A DNA stretch of 64,000 bases. Source: a virus. Below the pieces are notes generated by a model. It was given only the letters and a program-made list of their open reading frames with translations, was not told the origin of the DNA and did not search any database. Below are positions 1-9,923 of the stretch, piece by piece. How positions within the stretch are numbered: position 1 is the first letter of the stretch; each line of letters starts with the position of its first letter. The translations under genes and the position numbers were made by a program. Location of the stretch: the IMG/VR virus record IMGVR_UViG_3300045431_000601, positions 1 to 64,000 of that record; one strand, 5' to 3'.

Positions 1-141
1 AAGATCAAAATAATTAAGGTAAAAATCGCTGACTCCGTAAATTGTAAACAAAATAGCTGGAATAAAAACAATAAAAAAGAACTTCTTGTAATGTTGTAGT
101 TCATTCCACCAATCCTTTAATTTTTTGATAAAATCCAACAT
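1..141 (-). CDS. small membrane protein, N-terminal part (runs off window)
   Basis: Not in ORF track. ATG at 141 overlaps the end of 117..302 and reads MLDFIKKLKDWWNELQHYKKFFFIVFIPAILFTIYGVSDFYLNYFDL..., open to base 1; one hydrophobic stretch. Confidence 0.55.
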   Translation of the reverse strand, partial: MLDFIKKLKDWWNELQHYKKFFFIVFIPAILFTIYGVSDFYLNYFDL

Positions 142-302
142 ATAAAGAAGATTACAGCCAAAACAGAAAACCAGAAGATGTTTCTTTTCTTGTTTTTTCT
201 TTTGTGATATTTCCAAAATTCAGCTATAAAATGCTCTGTGTTATTACAAGACGGCGCTATTAATTTAACATCTCTTATTAATTTGGTTACTCTTCTATCC
301 AT
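117..302 (-). CDS. hypothetical protein with C-terminal TM helix
   Basis: 61 aa; basic patch followed by hydrophobic IFWFSVLAVIFFICWIL; overlaps both neighbours. Confidence 0.6.
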   Translation of the reverse strand: MDRRVTKLIRDVKLIAPSCNNTEHFIAEFWKYHKRKNKKRNIFWFSVLAVIFFICWILSKN

Positions 303-820
303 GCTTTAGTTCTTTCTGCATCATCGTCTATTAGTATGCTGTGGAAAACTATAGCTTTGTATTTCTTTTCAATCCATTTTGTTATTCTTATTTGATACTC
401 TGATCTATTACCAGCAACACCAACTGGCATTGTTCCATGATTACTATCATAAACCCAAAGTATACCTTTATATTCGAAAACGCATATTGAGTGTCCTCTA
501 TACTTGGGTATAGAAGCTGTGTACTCTATTAAATTTTTATTAAAAATAGTTGAAAAATTATTTAATTCATCTGTATAATGATATTGAAAAGCATAAATTT
601 GAGCCCATGTATTTTTACTAGATAATATATAATTAGCATAAGAAGCAAATGCCACAGAATCAACAAAGCAAGAATTAGGAAGTTTAGATATACTATGATC
701 TTTTGCTAAATAAAATCCAAATTGAACCCCATAATAAGCTATCGTCCCATTGATCAAAAGTACTAATGTTAGTTTACTTTTCCATCCAAACCAATTGAAT
801 AAATTTTTAAGCTTATTCAC
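287..820 (-). CDS. membrane-anchored protein with papain/transglutaminase-like Cys-His-Asp motifs
   Basis: N-terminal TM segment; NSCFVDS...GHSICVF...WVYD order resembles a Cys-His-Asp triad; GTGTAA motif upstream. Confidence 0.5.
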   Translation of the reverse strand: MNKLKNLFNWFGWKSKLTLVLLINGTIAYYGVQFGFYLAKDHSISKLPNSCFVDSVAFASYANYILSSKNTWAQIYAFQYHYTDELNNFSTIFNKNLIEYTASIPKYRGHSICVFEYKGILWVYDSNHGTMPVGVAGNRSEYQIRITKWIEKKYKAIVFHSILIDDDAERTKAWIEE

Positions 821-864
821 TATTTAGTATAGATTACACTTAAATAAAAATGTTCAAAATAAAT

Positions 865-3723
865 TTAGCAGTCTCTCCAAGTAGGGTTGACTGACGCACA
901 ACTACCAGCAATCTGATGGCATTCGCAAACCAAAACGGGCCTTTGAGGCGTGCCTTTTGGTACCATACACTTTTTATTTAAATGACAGTTTTTGCACTCA
1001 TTTCTTTCAGTTGCGCACTCATACACATGTATTGTTGGATTAGGGTCCGGACAGGCTGGCGGTCTTGCAGGACAAGGCTTTGTAGTTGTCGTGCAAGAGT
1101 CATCAGTTCCAGTACAACTAGGACCACTTGTTAATCTGCAAAATCGACTACAACCGTAAGAGGCTACCTTTGATCTGCAAGCTTCTACTTCTGTGCAATC
1201 GCGAGGTCTATCGGCGGGTTTACAGCAATCCTGTTCTCGTGATGTGATACAAAAGCATCGATCTCCTGAAACATCTGTTGGGTCGCATCTATAAGTTTTG
1301 CTTCTATCTGATGCTGCTAGTTTATCTCTTTCTCTTTTGCATTCAGCCTCGGTATTAAAACATAGTTGTCTCTCAGAGCATCTAAGAGGCACTTCTTGTA
1401 GTTCTGCGCATGGAGCATCAACAGCAGTTACCTCCTGTCCATTTACGTAACCACATACGTCTCTACTGCCACAACCATCTACGCATATACATTTTTTTCC
1501 TTGCTCTGGGCCCACAGGACATTTAGCGGGAGAAGCTAAATCTTTGCATCTATCTTTCTTCATGCATCCTTGCCCTATGTCTGTACAAGCACAAGTTTTT
1601 GTAGGCGTTATTGTTACTTTTTTGTAACAAGCCAGTCTTGGATCTTTACATGGAACTTTTTCACATTTTCTATTTATTTCTTGAACAGCCCATGCTTCGC
1701 AAGTCAAAAGATCATATGTTAGCCCAATAGGATCGCAACCTGTTTGACAATCTGTTACTGTTGGAGTCAATATCTCTGCAATCCAACATTTAGAGGAACA
1801 GTTTGAGCATGCGCCACAACTAGTCGCTGGCTTGCACTCTTTTGGAGCTCCACCCGTTGAACCATTTTCGCATTCTTCTTTAGAGTTCCAATATGAACTT
1901 AGGTTGCAACATGCTTCACAACATTCGTCACTAGTCATACTATCTTTAAGAACCTGTTTTGTACATGTGCACCACTCAGGATCTAATCCTGAACTTGTAG
2001 GTTGTCCTTCTAGACATATTTTGCATTTGCATTTGCCCTGGGTTCTACTAAGATCAGCTTCGCATTCTTCTTTTGTCTTAAAGTCTCCTGGATGGAAAAT
2101 ACAAGAAGGCGATGGAGTTGGTGTAGGAGCAACTTCATAACAATGTGTTGCTATTACACAGGGAGGCGGAGACGAATCACACTGCGCAGGAACACATATT
2201 AATCCTGGATTATCAGCTTCGCATTCATTTCTAGAGTTCCATAAAGCGCAGTCTTTGCACAGGCACTTTTCTGTAGGAGTTACTGTCGGGCTTATGCTAA
2301 CCGTAGTTGTAGCGCTAGGATCATATACTCTAAAGTAACAATTTGTAGTTATATTATCTGGGCACCCAGGAATAGAACAATTACAAACGTTCAGTTCGCA
2401 TTTCTCCCAAGATTGTTTATTTAGCACGCATTCATAAAGCCCAGCAAAACTTCCAGGACAACTTGCACCCGCAGCGCCTCCACCTGGGTGTTCGCAAACA
2501 CATACACATGTATTAGTAATCGTAGGAGTATATTGTATTTTTCGTGCACAATTAGGGTTAGGTATGCAATTATCGCAAGCAGTACATCCGCAAGTAACTT
2601 CCTCACATTCGCATCCAGGTACTTCATAACATTCTACTTCGCACCCTACTGTTGTTAGATATCCGCACATTGAGCATGCGCAATCCGGAGCCCTTGTCCA
2701 GCAATCAGTATTGTCTTTGCAACAATCTTCTGGATTGTTTGGAAAACAAGTCACGTTTACGCATCCGTTTGGCCCATTCGCAGCTTCGCAATCAGACTTT
2801 GATTGGTATCCGCAAGTTGCACAATCGCAAAGATTATTATTAACATTTGCACATTCTTTCCAACAATCTGAATTCGTCACACAGCAAGGATCAGCTTTTG
2901 CGCCTTCGTTCTTTAGACAATCTACTTGAGAGCACCTTAGTCCATCGTTCATTTCTGTACACTCTTGAGAGTCGTTATAATAACCACAAGTTGTGCAGTC
3001 GCATGGGTCTCCTGCTCCGTCGCAAGGCTCCCAGCATTCTTTATTTATTTCACAACAATCTGCGCCAAAAGTTTCGCATCCAAATTCTGCTTTTCTACAT
3101 TTTTTACTAGTTGATGTTTCGCAATCTCCTTTACTAGCATACATACTGCAATTGGTACAATTACATTTAGGTAGAGGACCTGTACAAGGTTTGTAACACG
3201 CTGCACTTCCTTTGCAACAATTATGCGAGCAGCTTTCTGTTTTGCATTCTGCCGCTCCTGATTCTGCTTTGCATTTTGCTCTTGAATCATAAAACCCTTG
3301 ATCAATACATCTTTGATCTGTGCACTGGCAATTAGGTTTATTTTCCTCATCAGGACATTTAAAACAAAAAATAGGAAGTCCTGCTACTTGACATTTCTCG
3401 CATTTATCAGCTACTGCGCATCCTCTGCATGGAGTATTTTCTTCTGGAGGATCAAAAAGATTCACACCGCAAGTAGTGCAATTACAGCAAGGCGTTTCTG
3501 GAACACACTTGTAGCATGTCTTATTACTTGGATCTTTACAAGGCCAACAGCTGACTGTGCCAGCAAGCTCAGCTTTCTCGCCCTGAGGACAGAACATAGT
3601 TTCTTGCTGTCCACTAGGACATGAGCAAGGCACATTGCAAGTCGGAGTAGTTGGAGACTCTACTGTATTTATATTTTGAAGTATATCTAGTATTTGGTTT
3701 ATTGTCGTTTGACCAAAATTCAT
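865..3723 (-). CDS. 952-aa cysteine-rich repeat protein, probably virion-associated
   Basis: About one residue in six is Cys; repeated CxCxxC..Y.S..(D/E)CE..C..C..CC..CW module; Thr/Pro linkers; GTGTAA upstream. Confidence 0.75.
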   Translation of the reverse strand: MNFGQTTINQILDILQNINTVESPTTPTCNVPCSCPSGQQETMFCPQGEKAELAGTVSCWPCKDPSNKTCYKCVPETPCCNCTTCGVNLFDPPEENTPCRGCAVADKCEKCQVAGLPIFCFKCPDEENKPNCQCTDQRCIDQGFYDSRAKCKAESGAAECKTESCSHNCCKGSAACYKPCTGPLPKCNCTNCSMYASKGDCETSTSKKCRKAEFGCETFGADCCEINKECWEPCDGAGDPCDCTTCGYYNDSQECTEMNDGLRCSQVDCLKNEGAKADPCCVTNSDCWKECANVNNNLCDCATCGYQSKSDCEAANGPNGCVNVTCFPNNPEDCCKDNTDCWTRAPDCACSMCGYLTTVGCEVECYEVPGCECEEVTCGCTACDNCIPNPNCARKIQYTPTITNTCVCVCEHPGGGAAGASCPGSFAGLYECVLNKQSWEKCELNVCNCSIPGCPDNITTNCYFRVYDPSATTTVSISPTVTPTEKCLCKDCALWNSRNECEADNPGLICVPAQCDSSPPPCVIATHCYEVAPTPTPSPSCIFHPGDFKTKEECEADLSRTQGKCKCKICLEGQPTSSGLDPEWCTCTKQVLKDSMTSDECCEACCNLSSYWNSKEECENGSTGGAPKECKPATSCGACSNCSSKCWIAEILTPTVTDCQTGCDPIGLTYDLLTCEAWAVQEINRKCEKVPCKDPRLACYKKVTITPTKTCACTDIGQGCMKKDRCKDLASPAKCPVGPEQGKKCICVDGCGSRDVCGYVNGQEVTAVDAPCAELQEVPLRCSERQLCFNTEAECKRERDKLAASDRSKTYRCDPTDVSGDRCFCITSREQDCCKPADRPRDCTEVEACRSKVASYGCSRFCRLTSGPSCTGTDDSCTTTTKPCPARPPACPDPNPTIHVYECATERNECKNCHLNKKCMVPKGTPQRPVLVCECHQIAGSCASVNPTWRDC

Positions 3724-3750
3724 AAAATTATACCATAATTACACATATTT

Positions 3751-6552
3751 TTAACAAGGAGGCCTGTCGGGAGGGCAGTTTGGTCCAGTAGTATTATGCG
3801 TGTCGCATTTACATATTGGCTTGCTACCCCCTGGCGATGGATAAGATACCCAGCACGATTTAAAATCTTCGCATCTCTCGCAATCTTGTAATGAATTTGT
3901 TGCGCAGTCCCAGAATCTGCCTTGGCATCTGTCGAAACCACTAACTGGTGGACAAGGTTTCTGTCTAGTAACCCTACAAGAACTCATACATTTTGGACCG
4001 AGACAAGAATTAGAACATCTTTCGTAATTCTTCTTACTACATTCTGCTAGAGATAGACAATCCTCTCCTCTGTTTCCAGTACAGCATCTGTCCGGTGAAG
4101 ATACTAATTTTTCGCATTTTATTTCTACATTTTTTCCTCTGTAAGAAGCGACTTCAGTACAACCTTCACACGCCCATATATAATCTGGAAATTTTTTTCT
4201 CATCTCTTCTTTTTTCGCTTCGCATTCACCAGTTGCTGCGTTATAAGATTTACCGTCTTCTCCTCTACAAACTTGCGCAAAGGTATTACAATCTATTCTA
4301 ACTTCTTCTAATTTTACGCAATTTCCAGGATTAGGCTGACCATTTGGGCATTCTTTAGAACATTCTGAAACTTCGCTGCACACGCATATATCCGGCGCCC
4401 TAGCTGGACACAATGGGCCATTAGCTATTCTTTCACATTCAGCCAGATTATGACAACGGCTATTAACTTCATTGCAAGTACAAATAGTTCTCGTTGGCGT
4501 AGAAGTAGATTCATTTAAATAATAACACTTTGCCAGAGGCAAATATGCGCAATCTTTTGGATCGCATTTGGCTTGAGTATTAGGAGGCAAACTTTGCCTA
4601 ATAGCTTCGCAAGTATCCCAATCCATTAGAGTTGGATCGCTTAGACAGCCACCCTTACAAGTTTGTAGAGGCGTCTGGCATATGCCTCTAATACACTGAC
4701 CTTGACAACACCCACCGCAATCTGCAGGATTGCACGCCCATTCAAGACCTTTCCTCGAATCGCAAAACGTAGGTTTAGAATTTTTACACTCTGGCTCCGT
4801 TATAAAAAATTGATCTTCAGGAATTCCACAGCATTTTTTGCAACAACTATCGCTTCCAAGATCCTTTTCGGTAAGACGATAACATAAGCAATCCCCTGCG
4901 TCATTAGTGCTTTCTGTTCTAGCTTTCTCGCAACTATAGCAGCAGTCCCATTTAGATCCAATTGTTTGTTGAGCGTTTAGTTCGCAGCTTCTGCGCCCTT
5001 CTTCTGTCGCAGGAAATTCGTTTGGACCATAATCACAATCATCGCAAGTTTTTCCTGGAGGAGGCGGATCGCATGTTAATTGTGTTCTTGCGCATTCACT
5101 ATTTACGTTGCAAAAGCCTTTGCTACCACTGCGAGCACAAGAAAAATTCACACATTTTTTCCATTTATCTTCTAAATTTCTACGCAAATAACTATTGCAC
5201 TCTTTTAAAGAATCAAAAACCTCATCCCCCATGCTCACGCAATCAGCACAATCACAATCAGGAAAAGTCATTGTAATAGTTGTACTAAATGTAAAGCTCA
5301 CTGTAGCGCTATAGTTTATCCTTAACGCAACGCAATTATCCGCCGATGATGCAGGGCAATGATATCCAGTTCTACACTCCCATCTATCTTTATCAAATTT
5401 TCCTAGTCTTTCAGATTCGCATTCAAGAAATGTATCGTATGTATCATAACATGCAGTACAAAGATTTGTTGGTCTTACAAAAACATAGCATTCAAAGTTC
5501 TCATTACAGTCTGGCGCTCCTCGCCCAACCGATTCTTTTTGACAATATTCATCAAAATTTGGAAATGCTTTTGCTTCGCACTGTATTTCTGTCAAAAGTC
5601 CATAATCGCTACATTGGCAAATTGGCGCCTCTTGCCAACAAGAAGCTTCGGTGCAACAATCCTCTGCAGAGCCAAAACATTTACCCGTTTTTGTGCATCT
5701 TTTCGGAGAAACGTTTTGCTCGCATATTTCTTTTGTTTCAAACATATCTAAGCAGTTTCCTTCTCCACATATACAAGATTGTCCAGTAGGATTTCTGCAA
5801 GGCTCCCAGCAATCAGAATTTGCTCTGCAACAGGCTTTTTCGCTTCCTGCTTCGCAAGTTGCTCTTATGCAAGCGTATTGTTCTATTTCTTCGCACTCAT
5901 CTTGAGTAGGATATAATCTACATATTGAATTATCGCAAGCGCATGGCTCTAAAGACTCTTGATCATCGCAAGGCTCCCAACAACTATTATTATCATTGCA
6001 GCATTGTCCAAAAAAAGACGCACATTTAAAAGGCTTGCATTTCTTGCCGCTTTTAACCTCACAATCTTCTTGCGTACTTTCTTTTTCACAATCTGTTAAG
6101 CATTCGCAAGGCTTAATCTCTTCTTCGCAAGGAACCGCACACTTTACTGTGCTATTGCAACAAGTCGTTTCTGATTCAGAAAAATCTTTCCAAGTGCATT
6201 TTTTTCCTTCTTTATTTTCACATTCTGTTCTTGTATCGTATACTTTAGCTCCCATATATGAACATTTACATGGAGGTGCTCCAGTTTGACCGCAGTAAAA
6301 ACACATCTTTGGATCACTTCCTCCGCCCGACGTGGGAACTAAACACCTTTCGCACGCAGCCGCTTGAACACAAGCTCTTTTACATTTAACTTTATTTACT
6401 GTTTCGTCTACAGTATCAAACATGAAATTACAAGTGCTTGAATTACAAGAGCAATTTGAAGCAGTTGAAGTAGTCGCTGCTTTAACAGTATTTAAATTTT
6501 GTAATACATTTAAAATTTTATTAATATTTTCAGATATAGAAATAGGCATCAT
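3751..6552 (-). CDS. 933-aa cysteine-rich repeat protein, paralog of 865..3723
   Basis: Same N-terminal helix, same Cys module, similar C-terminus (KPCP...CAT...C..C..K.C.V....P.C.C). Confidence 0.75.
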   Translation of the reverse strand: MMPISISENINKILNVLQNLNTVKAATTSTASNCSCNSSTCNFMFDTVDETVNKVKCKRACVQAAACERCLVPTSGGGSDPKMCFYCGQTGAPPCKCSYMGAKVYDTRTECENKEGKKCTWKDFSESETTCCNSTVKCAVPCEEEIKPCECLTDCEKESTQEDCEVKSGKKCKPFKCASFFGQCCNDNNSCWEPCDDQESLEPCACDNSICRLYPTQDECEEIEQYACIRATCEAGSEKACCRANSDCWEPCRNPTGQSCICGEGNCLDMFETKEICEQNVSPKRCTKTGKCFGSAEDCCTEASCWQEAPICQCSDYGLLTEIQCEAKAFPNFDEYCQKESVGRGAPDCNENFECYVFVRPTNLCTACYDTYDTFLECESERLGKFDKDRWECRTGYHCPASSADNCVALRINYSATVSFTFSTTITMTFPDCDCADCVSMGDEVFDSLKECNSYLRRNLEDKWKKCVNFSCARSGSKGFCNVNSECARTQLTCDPPPPGKTCDDCDYGPNEFPATEEGRRSCELNAQQTIGSKWDCCYSCEKARTESTNDAGDCLCYRLTEKDLGSDSCCKKCCGIPEDQFFITEPECKNSKPTFCDSRKGLEWACNPADCGGCCQGQCIRGICQTPLQTCKGGCLSDPTLMDWDTCEAIRQSLPPNTQAKCDPKDCAYLPLAKCYYLNESTSTPTRTICTCNEVNSRCHNLAECERIANGPLCPARAPDICVCSEVSECSKECPNGQPNPGNCVKLEEVRIDCNTFAQVCRGEDGKSYNAATGECEAKKEEMRKKFPDYIWACEGCTEVASYRGKNVEIKCEKLVSSPDRCCTGNRGEDCLSLAECSKKNYERCSNSCLGPKCMSSCRVTRQKPCPPVSGFDRCQGRFWDCATNSLQDCERCEDFKSCWVSYPSPGGSKPICKCDTHNTTGPNCPPDRPPC

Positions 6553-6616
6553 GTAAATTATATAAATTTACACTTATAAAACAAACTATTCAAAGATATA
6601 ATTTAATAAAATATAA

Positions 6617-7261
6617 TTAAAAGTCTCTAATACCATCCATTAAAACATTAGTAGTATTTGACATATTAGATATTTGATATGCAAATCTGTAATTTGTGCA
6701 ATAAATATTATCTATATCTAAAAGATAAGTATTCCACGCTTGATCATGCACCCAATGATCGGAATGATTATATACGTCTTCATATATATCTTTTTGTTTT
6801 TTATGGCTCCAGTACAAGAAATTAGCGTATTTTTTATAATACGAGTTATTGACGATCTGCATAGTAGCTTGCCAAATCCTAGAAGGTTTAATAAAAAAAT
6901 CATTAATTCTATAATCTATGTCAAAATTACTCCCCAGCGCTATTAAGTCCCATCTAATATCTTGTAATTTAGACAAAATTAACTTTAATTCGAATAAGGG
7001 ATACCCAAAAAATACATCATCTTCTATTATTATCACTTTATCAAAGTTTTTAGCTATTGCATATTCCATGGCTAAAAAATGACTAAAAGCGCATCCTTTA
7101 TGACCATTCTGCTTGTCCAAAAAGGCTTCTATTATATGAACGGAAAAATTGCTATCAAAATAGTCCGAAAAAATCTCTTTGCATCTATTTAATCTGTCTA
7201 CTCTTTTTTTTAAATTAATTAAAATGATATGTGTATGTTGCATTAAAACTCTTTGAGACAT
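6617..7261 (-). CDS. glycosyltransferase family 25-like
   Basis: [16 protein letters not shown] and IIEDD motifs. Confidence 0.75.
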   Translation of the reverse strand: MSQRVLMQHTHIILINLKKRVDRLNRCKEIFSDYFDSNFSVHIIEAFLDKQNGHKGCAFSHFLAMEYAIAKNFDKVIIIEDDVFFGYPLFELKLILSKLQDIRWDLIALGSNFDIDYRINDFFIKPSRIWQATMQIVNNSYYKKYANFLYWSHKKQKDIYEDVYNHSDHWVHDQAWNTYLLDIDNIYCTNYRFAYQISNMSNTTNVLMDGIRDF

Positions 7262-8448
7262 TCTTTTAAAGAATCTATTTTACTCTTTAATATATCTTCT
7301 TTTGTCACATTGTAAAAGAAAGGGTTTTCGTTGGGAATCTCTCTTTTTAAAATTTTTAATCTATTAGATTTGACCTCGTACCAGCCTTTACCAGTATGAA
7401 CATTAAGAATATCTTCAAAATATTTTTCGTACATCGGAGCTACTCTTTCAAGAGAAAAATTCTCTCCAAATTTCCTACAATTTATGGGTTTAATTTTATG
7501 TATATTTTGAGCGGCATAAACAAAATCTTCAAAGGTTCTGCATCTATAACCCGTTAATCCGTGAATATTATTCTCAACAAAAGATCCCCAATCAGTTGTT
7601 ATAGTAGGAGTTCCGCTCAATAAACTTTCTATTTGTACCCCACCAAAAGGTTCAACGTATTGTGAGGCCAAAAAAAGCCCTTTAGCCTTAGACATTAATT
7701 TTTTTCTTTTTTCTATATCTGCATAACCTATATGCTCTACATAATCCGATCTTATATTCATATCAGCCAAAGACCCCTGCCCAGCGACAATAAGTTTCTT
7801 CTTTAAATGTTCGCAAACCTGATGAGCAATATGAACTCCTTTGCCAGAATAAACTCTGCCTAAATATAAAAAATAGTCTTCTTTGTCTTCAGAGAACTCA
7901 AAATCTTCTAAATCAAAATAATTAGGTATCACTACATCATACCAGCTTTGCTGACAAGTACCTACAGATCCCATACCACAATAAGCATGATATATCGCAT
8001 AAGATTCAAAAATTTTCCATTTTGCCCATTGGCCGCCTGGATATCCTATGCCAGGTTCTACAACTATCATATCTTTTTCGTGTGCATCGCATATGGGTCT
8101 TACTCCGCTTCCCCAAAACGGAAGTAAAAAGTCTAAAGGCTTTTTTCTTTTTTCTATCTCTTGTATAGCGTTTTTAAAAAAAGTTTGATATGCATGATCA
8201 TTTCTATCAAACTTAAAAAAGTTGTTCTTCCAATCATGGGTTCCGTATGATATTTCAAAATCTTTGTTTGTAAGAACTGACACGTGTTCTGTGCAAATAA
8301 GATCAGAGTCTTCGTGTCCATAATGAACTACTTCGTGGCCTCTTTGAGTCATCATTTTTCCAAATTTAACTACTTTTTGAGTATAGGCACAAGCATTAAA
8401 TTTTTTACTAGATACAGTATGTGGCAGCCCTAAAATGTGAAATCTCAT
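7243..8448 (-). CDS. GT-B glycosyltransferase (family 4-like)
   Basis: [37 protein letters not shown] motifs. Confidence 0.85.
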   Translation of the reverse strand: MRFHILGLPHTVSSKKFNACAYTQKVVKFGKMMTQRGHEVVHYGHEDSDLICTEHVSVLTNKDFEISYGTHDWKNNFFKFDRNDHAYQTFFKNAIQEIEKRKKPLDFLLPFWGSGVRPICDAHEKDMIVVEPGIGYPGGQWAKWKIFESYAIYHAYCGMGSVGTCQQSWYDVVIPNYFDLEDFEFSEDKEDYFLYLGRVYSGKGVHIAHQVCEHLKKKLIVAGQGSLADMNIRSDYVEHIGYADIEKRKKLMSKAKGLFLASQYVEPFGGVQIESLLSGTPTITTDWGSFVENNIHGLTGYRCRTFEDFVYAAQNIHKIKPINCRKFGENFSLERVAPMYEKYFEDILNVHTGKGWYEVKSNRLKILKREIPNENPFFYNVTKEDILKSKIDSLKECLKEF

Positions 8449-8453
8449 GTTTA

Positions 8454-8491
8454 TATCCTATAATAAGATACTAATCCTATGATAGGATTAG
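8454..8491. promoter_or_regulatory. two tandem palindromes with core ATCCTAT-N-ATA(A/G)GAT, candidate operator pair
   Basis: TATCCTAT-A-ATAAGATA (8454-8470) abuts the perfect CTAATCCTAT-G-ATAGGATTAG (8471-8491), immediately upstream of the GT4 start. Confidence 0.4.
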
Positions 8492-8532
8492 CGGTCTTCC
8501 GTGGTTCCAAAATATTTTTTTTTTTTCAAAAC

Positions 8533-8703
8533 TCATTTTTTATCTATAAAAAAATTTTTATCCCCACCAATTTTTATCAAATAAGCTTTAGCCTTCGAAA
8601 GGCCTTCGCTAGTATACGGAAAAGCTCCAAAAAGAAAATTATCTCTTTTAGAGATTATAAGATAAGCTTTGGGTTTTTTTATGGGCCTACCTTTTTTCTT
8701 CAT
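8533..8703 (-). CDS. small basic hypothetical protein (56 aa)
   Basis: Below ORF-track cutoff: MKKKGRPIKKPKAYLIISKRDNFLFGAFPYTSEGLSKAKAYLIKIGGDKNFFIDKK; same strand as neighbours and divergent from tmRNA. Confidence 0.65.
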   Translation of the reverse strand: MKKKGRPIKKPKAYLIISKRDNFLFGAFPYTSEGLSKAKAYLIKIGGDKNFFIDKK

Positions 8704-8768
8704 TATAAATTATACATTATTAATAGAAAAAAATCAAAAAAACTATATAATACTTAGTTCTTTGAGAT

Positions 8769-9156
8769 GGGCCCGAATTTGGTATCGATTTTAATAATAA
8801 AAATTAAAATGCAAGTAGAGGTTTAGGCGGGTCTCTTTAAAAAGCCTTGAAAGTATTAACTGCCAAAACAGCTAAATACAAAGGTCATCTCTCCGCTAGA
8901 GTATCTCTAGTTGAGGAGACCGTTTCTGTAGCCTAAAGTCTACAGCGTGATTACCATGACGCATCTATTGGATAATTGCGTATTTAGATGCCTTTATATT
9001 ATTAGTTTTTTTATTCTACTAGTATATAGTATTAAAAATAAAATCGCCAATTATATCTGTTTTTCTTCTATAAAAGGCTAAAAATAAGAAAAACTAAACT
9101 TGTAGTATTTTGATTTAAATTATTAAAAGACCTCGGTTCAACTCCGAGCGGGTCCA
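8769..9156 (+). ncRNA. ssrA: tmRNA
   Basis: Acceptor stem GGGCCCG/CGGGTCC with G3-U alanine pair and A discriminator; T-arm CTCGG-TTCAACT-CCGAG; 5' GGTATCGA D-loop-like segment; resume context ATTAACT-GCC; tag ORF 8862-8936 AKTAKYKGHLSARVSLVEETVSVA*; TATAAT (8746) and boxA-like AGTTCTTTGA upstream. Confidence 0.93.
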
Positions 9157-9198
9157 AAAAAAAATTAGACATTGATACATTATATAATATAATCAAAT

Positions 9199-9618
9199 AT
9201 GAACAACTTACATTATCACGTTGACGCTCTCGTTCAGAACGACACAGCTTTTGAAGCCTTAAAAAATAGATATTCCGATATGCTAGCAGATATTACTAGC
9301 GCGAGAACAAATCCAACCTGTTCTTGTCGGGGAAGATTGGGAAAGTATCTACAAGAAAAATTTGAAGGCGATCAAGCAGATAAAGATTTTATTGCTCTGC
9401 TATTAAAATTGCCTGGAGTAGCAGAAAAAGTAGAAGAAACCGATAAGGCTATAGAAGCAGCAGAAAAAGCTAGAAATGAACAAAAAATGTTCCACGTCAT
9501 CTCTAAGGGCGGAGATTCGTGGAATGCTTTTGTTCAATATTTAAGGTCTCAAAATATCCAATATACTTCCTTTTCGGTTGTTGAAAAAGAAACTCAACTA
9601 GAGGTTTACCTCGCTTGA
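9199..9618 (+). CDS. hypothetical protein with CSC motif
   Basis: 139 aa, NPTCSCRGR; first gene of a three-gene overlapping unit behind a sigma70-like promoter. Confidence 0.7.
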   Translation: MNNLHYHVDALVQNDTAFEALKNRYSDMLADITSARTNPTCSCRGRLGKYLQEKFEGDQADKDFIALLLKLPGVAEKVEETDKAIEAAEKARNEQKMFHVISKGGDSWNAFVQYLRSQNIQYTSFSVVEKETQLEVYLA

Positions 9619-9923
9619 TTTCTTTATTTGTAATCTATTTATTCTTATCTCTAAGCTTGGCCTATGGATGGTCCGACACAGAAGCTTCGAGACCTTTTAG
9701 AAACCTTATAGCGCGCGTACCTTACATTCGTAAACCGTTATTGTGCCATGAATGTAGTAGCTTTTGGATCGCTCTTGGGCTAAGCTTATTTCTAAATCCA
9801 TTAGCATCAATCGTAATGCCATATATTAGCAATGTACTATCTGCTTTTGCGGGTTTTTTTATCAATTATTTATTTGTTAGACATATTTTAAAGGAAAAAC
9901 AAAATGACTTCTTCCATAAATGA
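9615..9923 (+). CDS. small multi-TM membrane protein with CxxC (DUF1360-like)
   Basis: Three hydrophobic segments; LLCHECSSFW. Confidence 0.6.
   Translation: MISLFVIYLFLSLSLAYGWSDTEASRPFRNLIARVPYIRKPLLCHECSSFWIALGLSLFLNPLASIVMPYISNVLSAFAGFFINYLFVRHILKEKQNDFFHK

Noticed and set aside
865-6552. Eukaryotic contamination or giant-virus origin of the Cys-rich and collagen genes
   Set aside because: They carry the same GTGTAA motif and tight packing as neighbouring genes, in a contig with a sigma factor, tmRNA, DnaE and DnaB.
8479-8757. 92-aa plus-strand ORF
   Set aside because: F/K-rich shadow of the more plausible minus-strand 56-aa gene 8533..8703.
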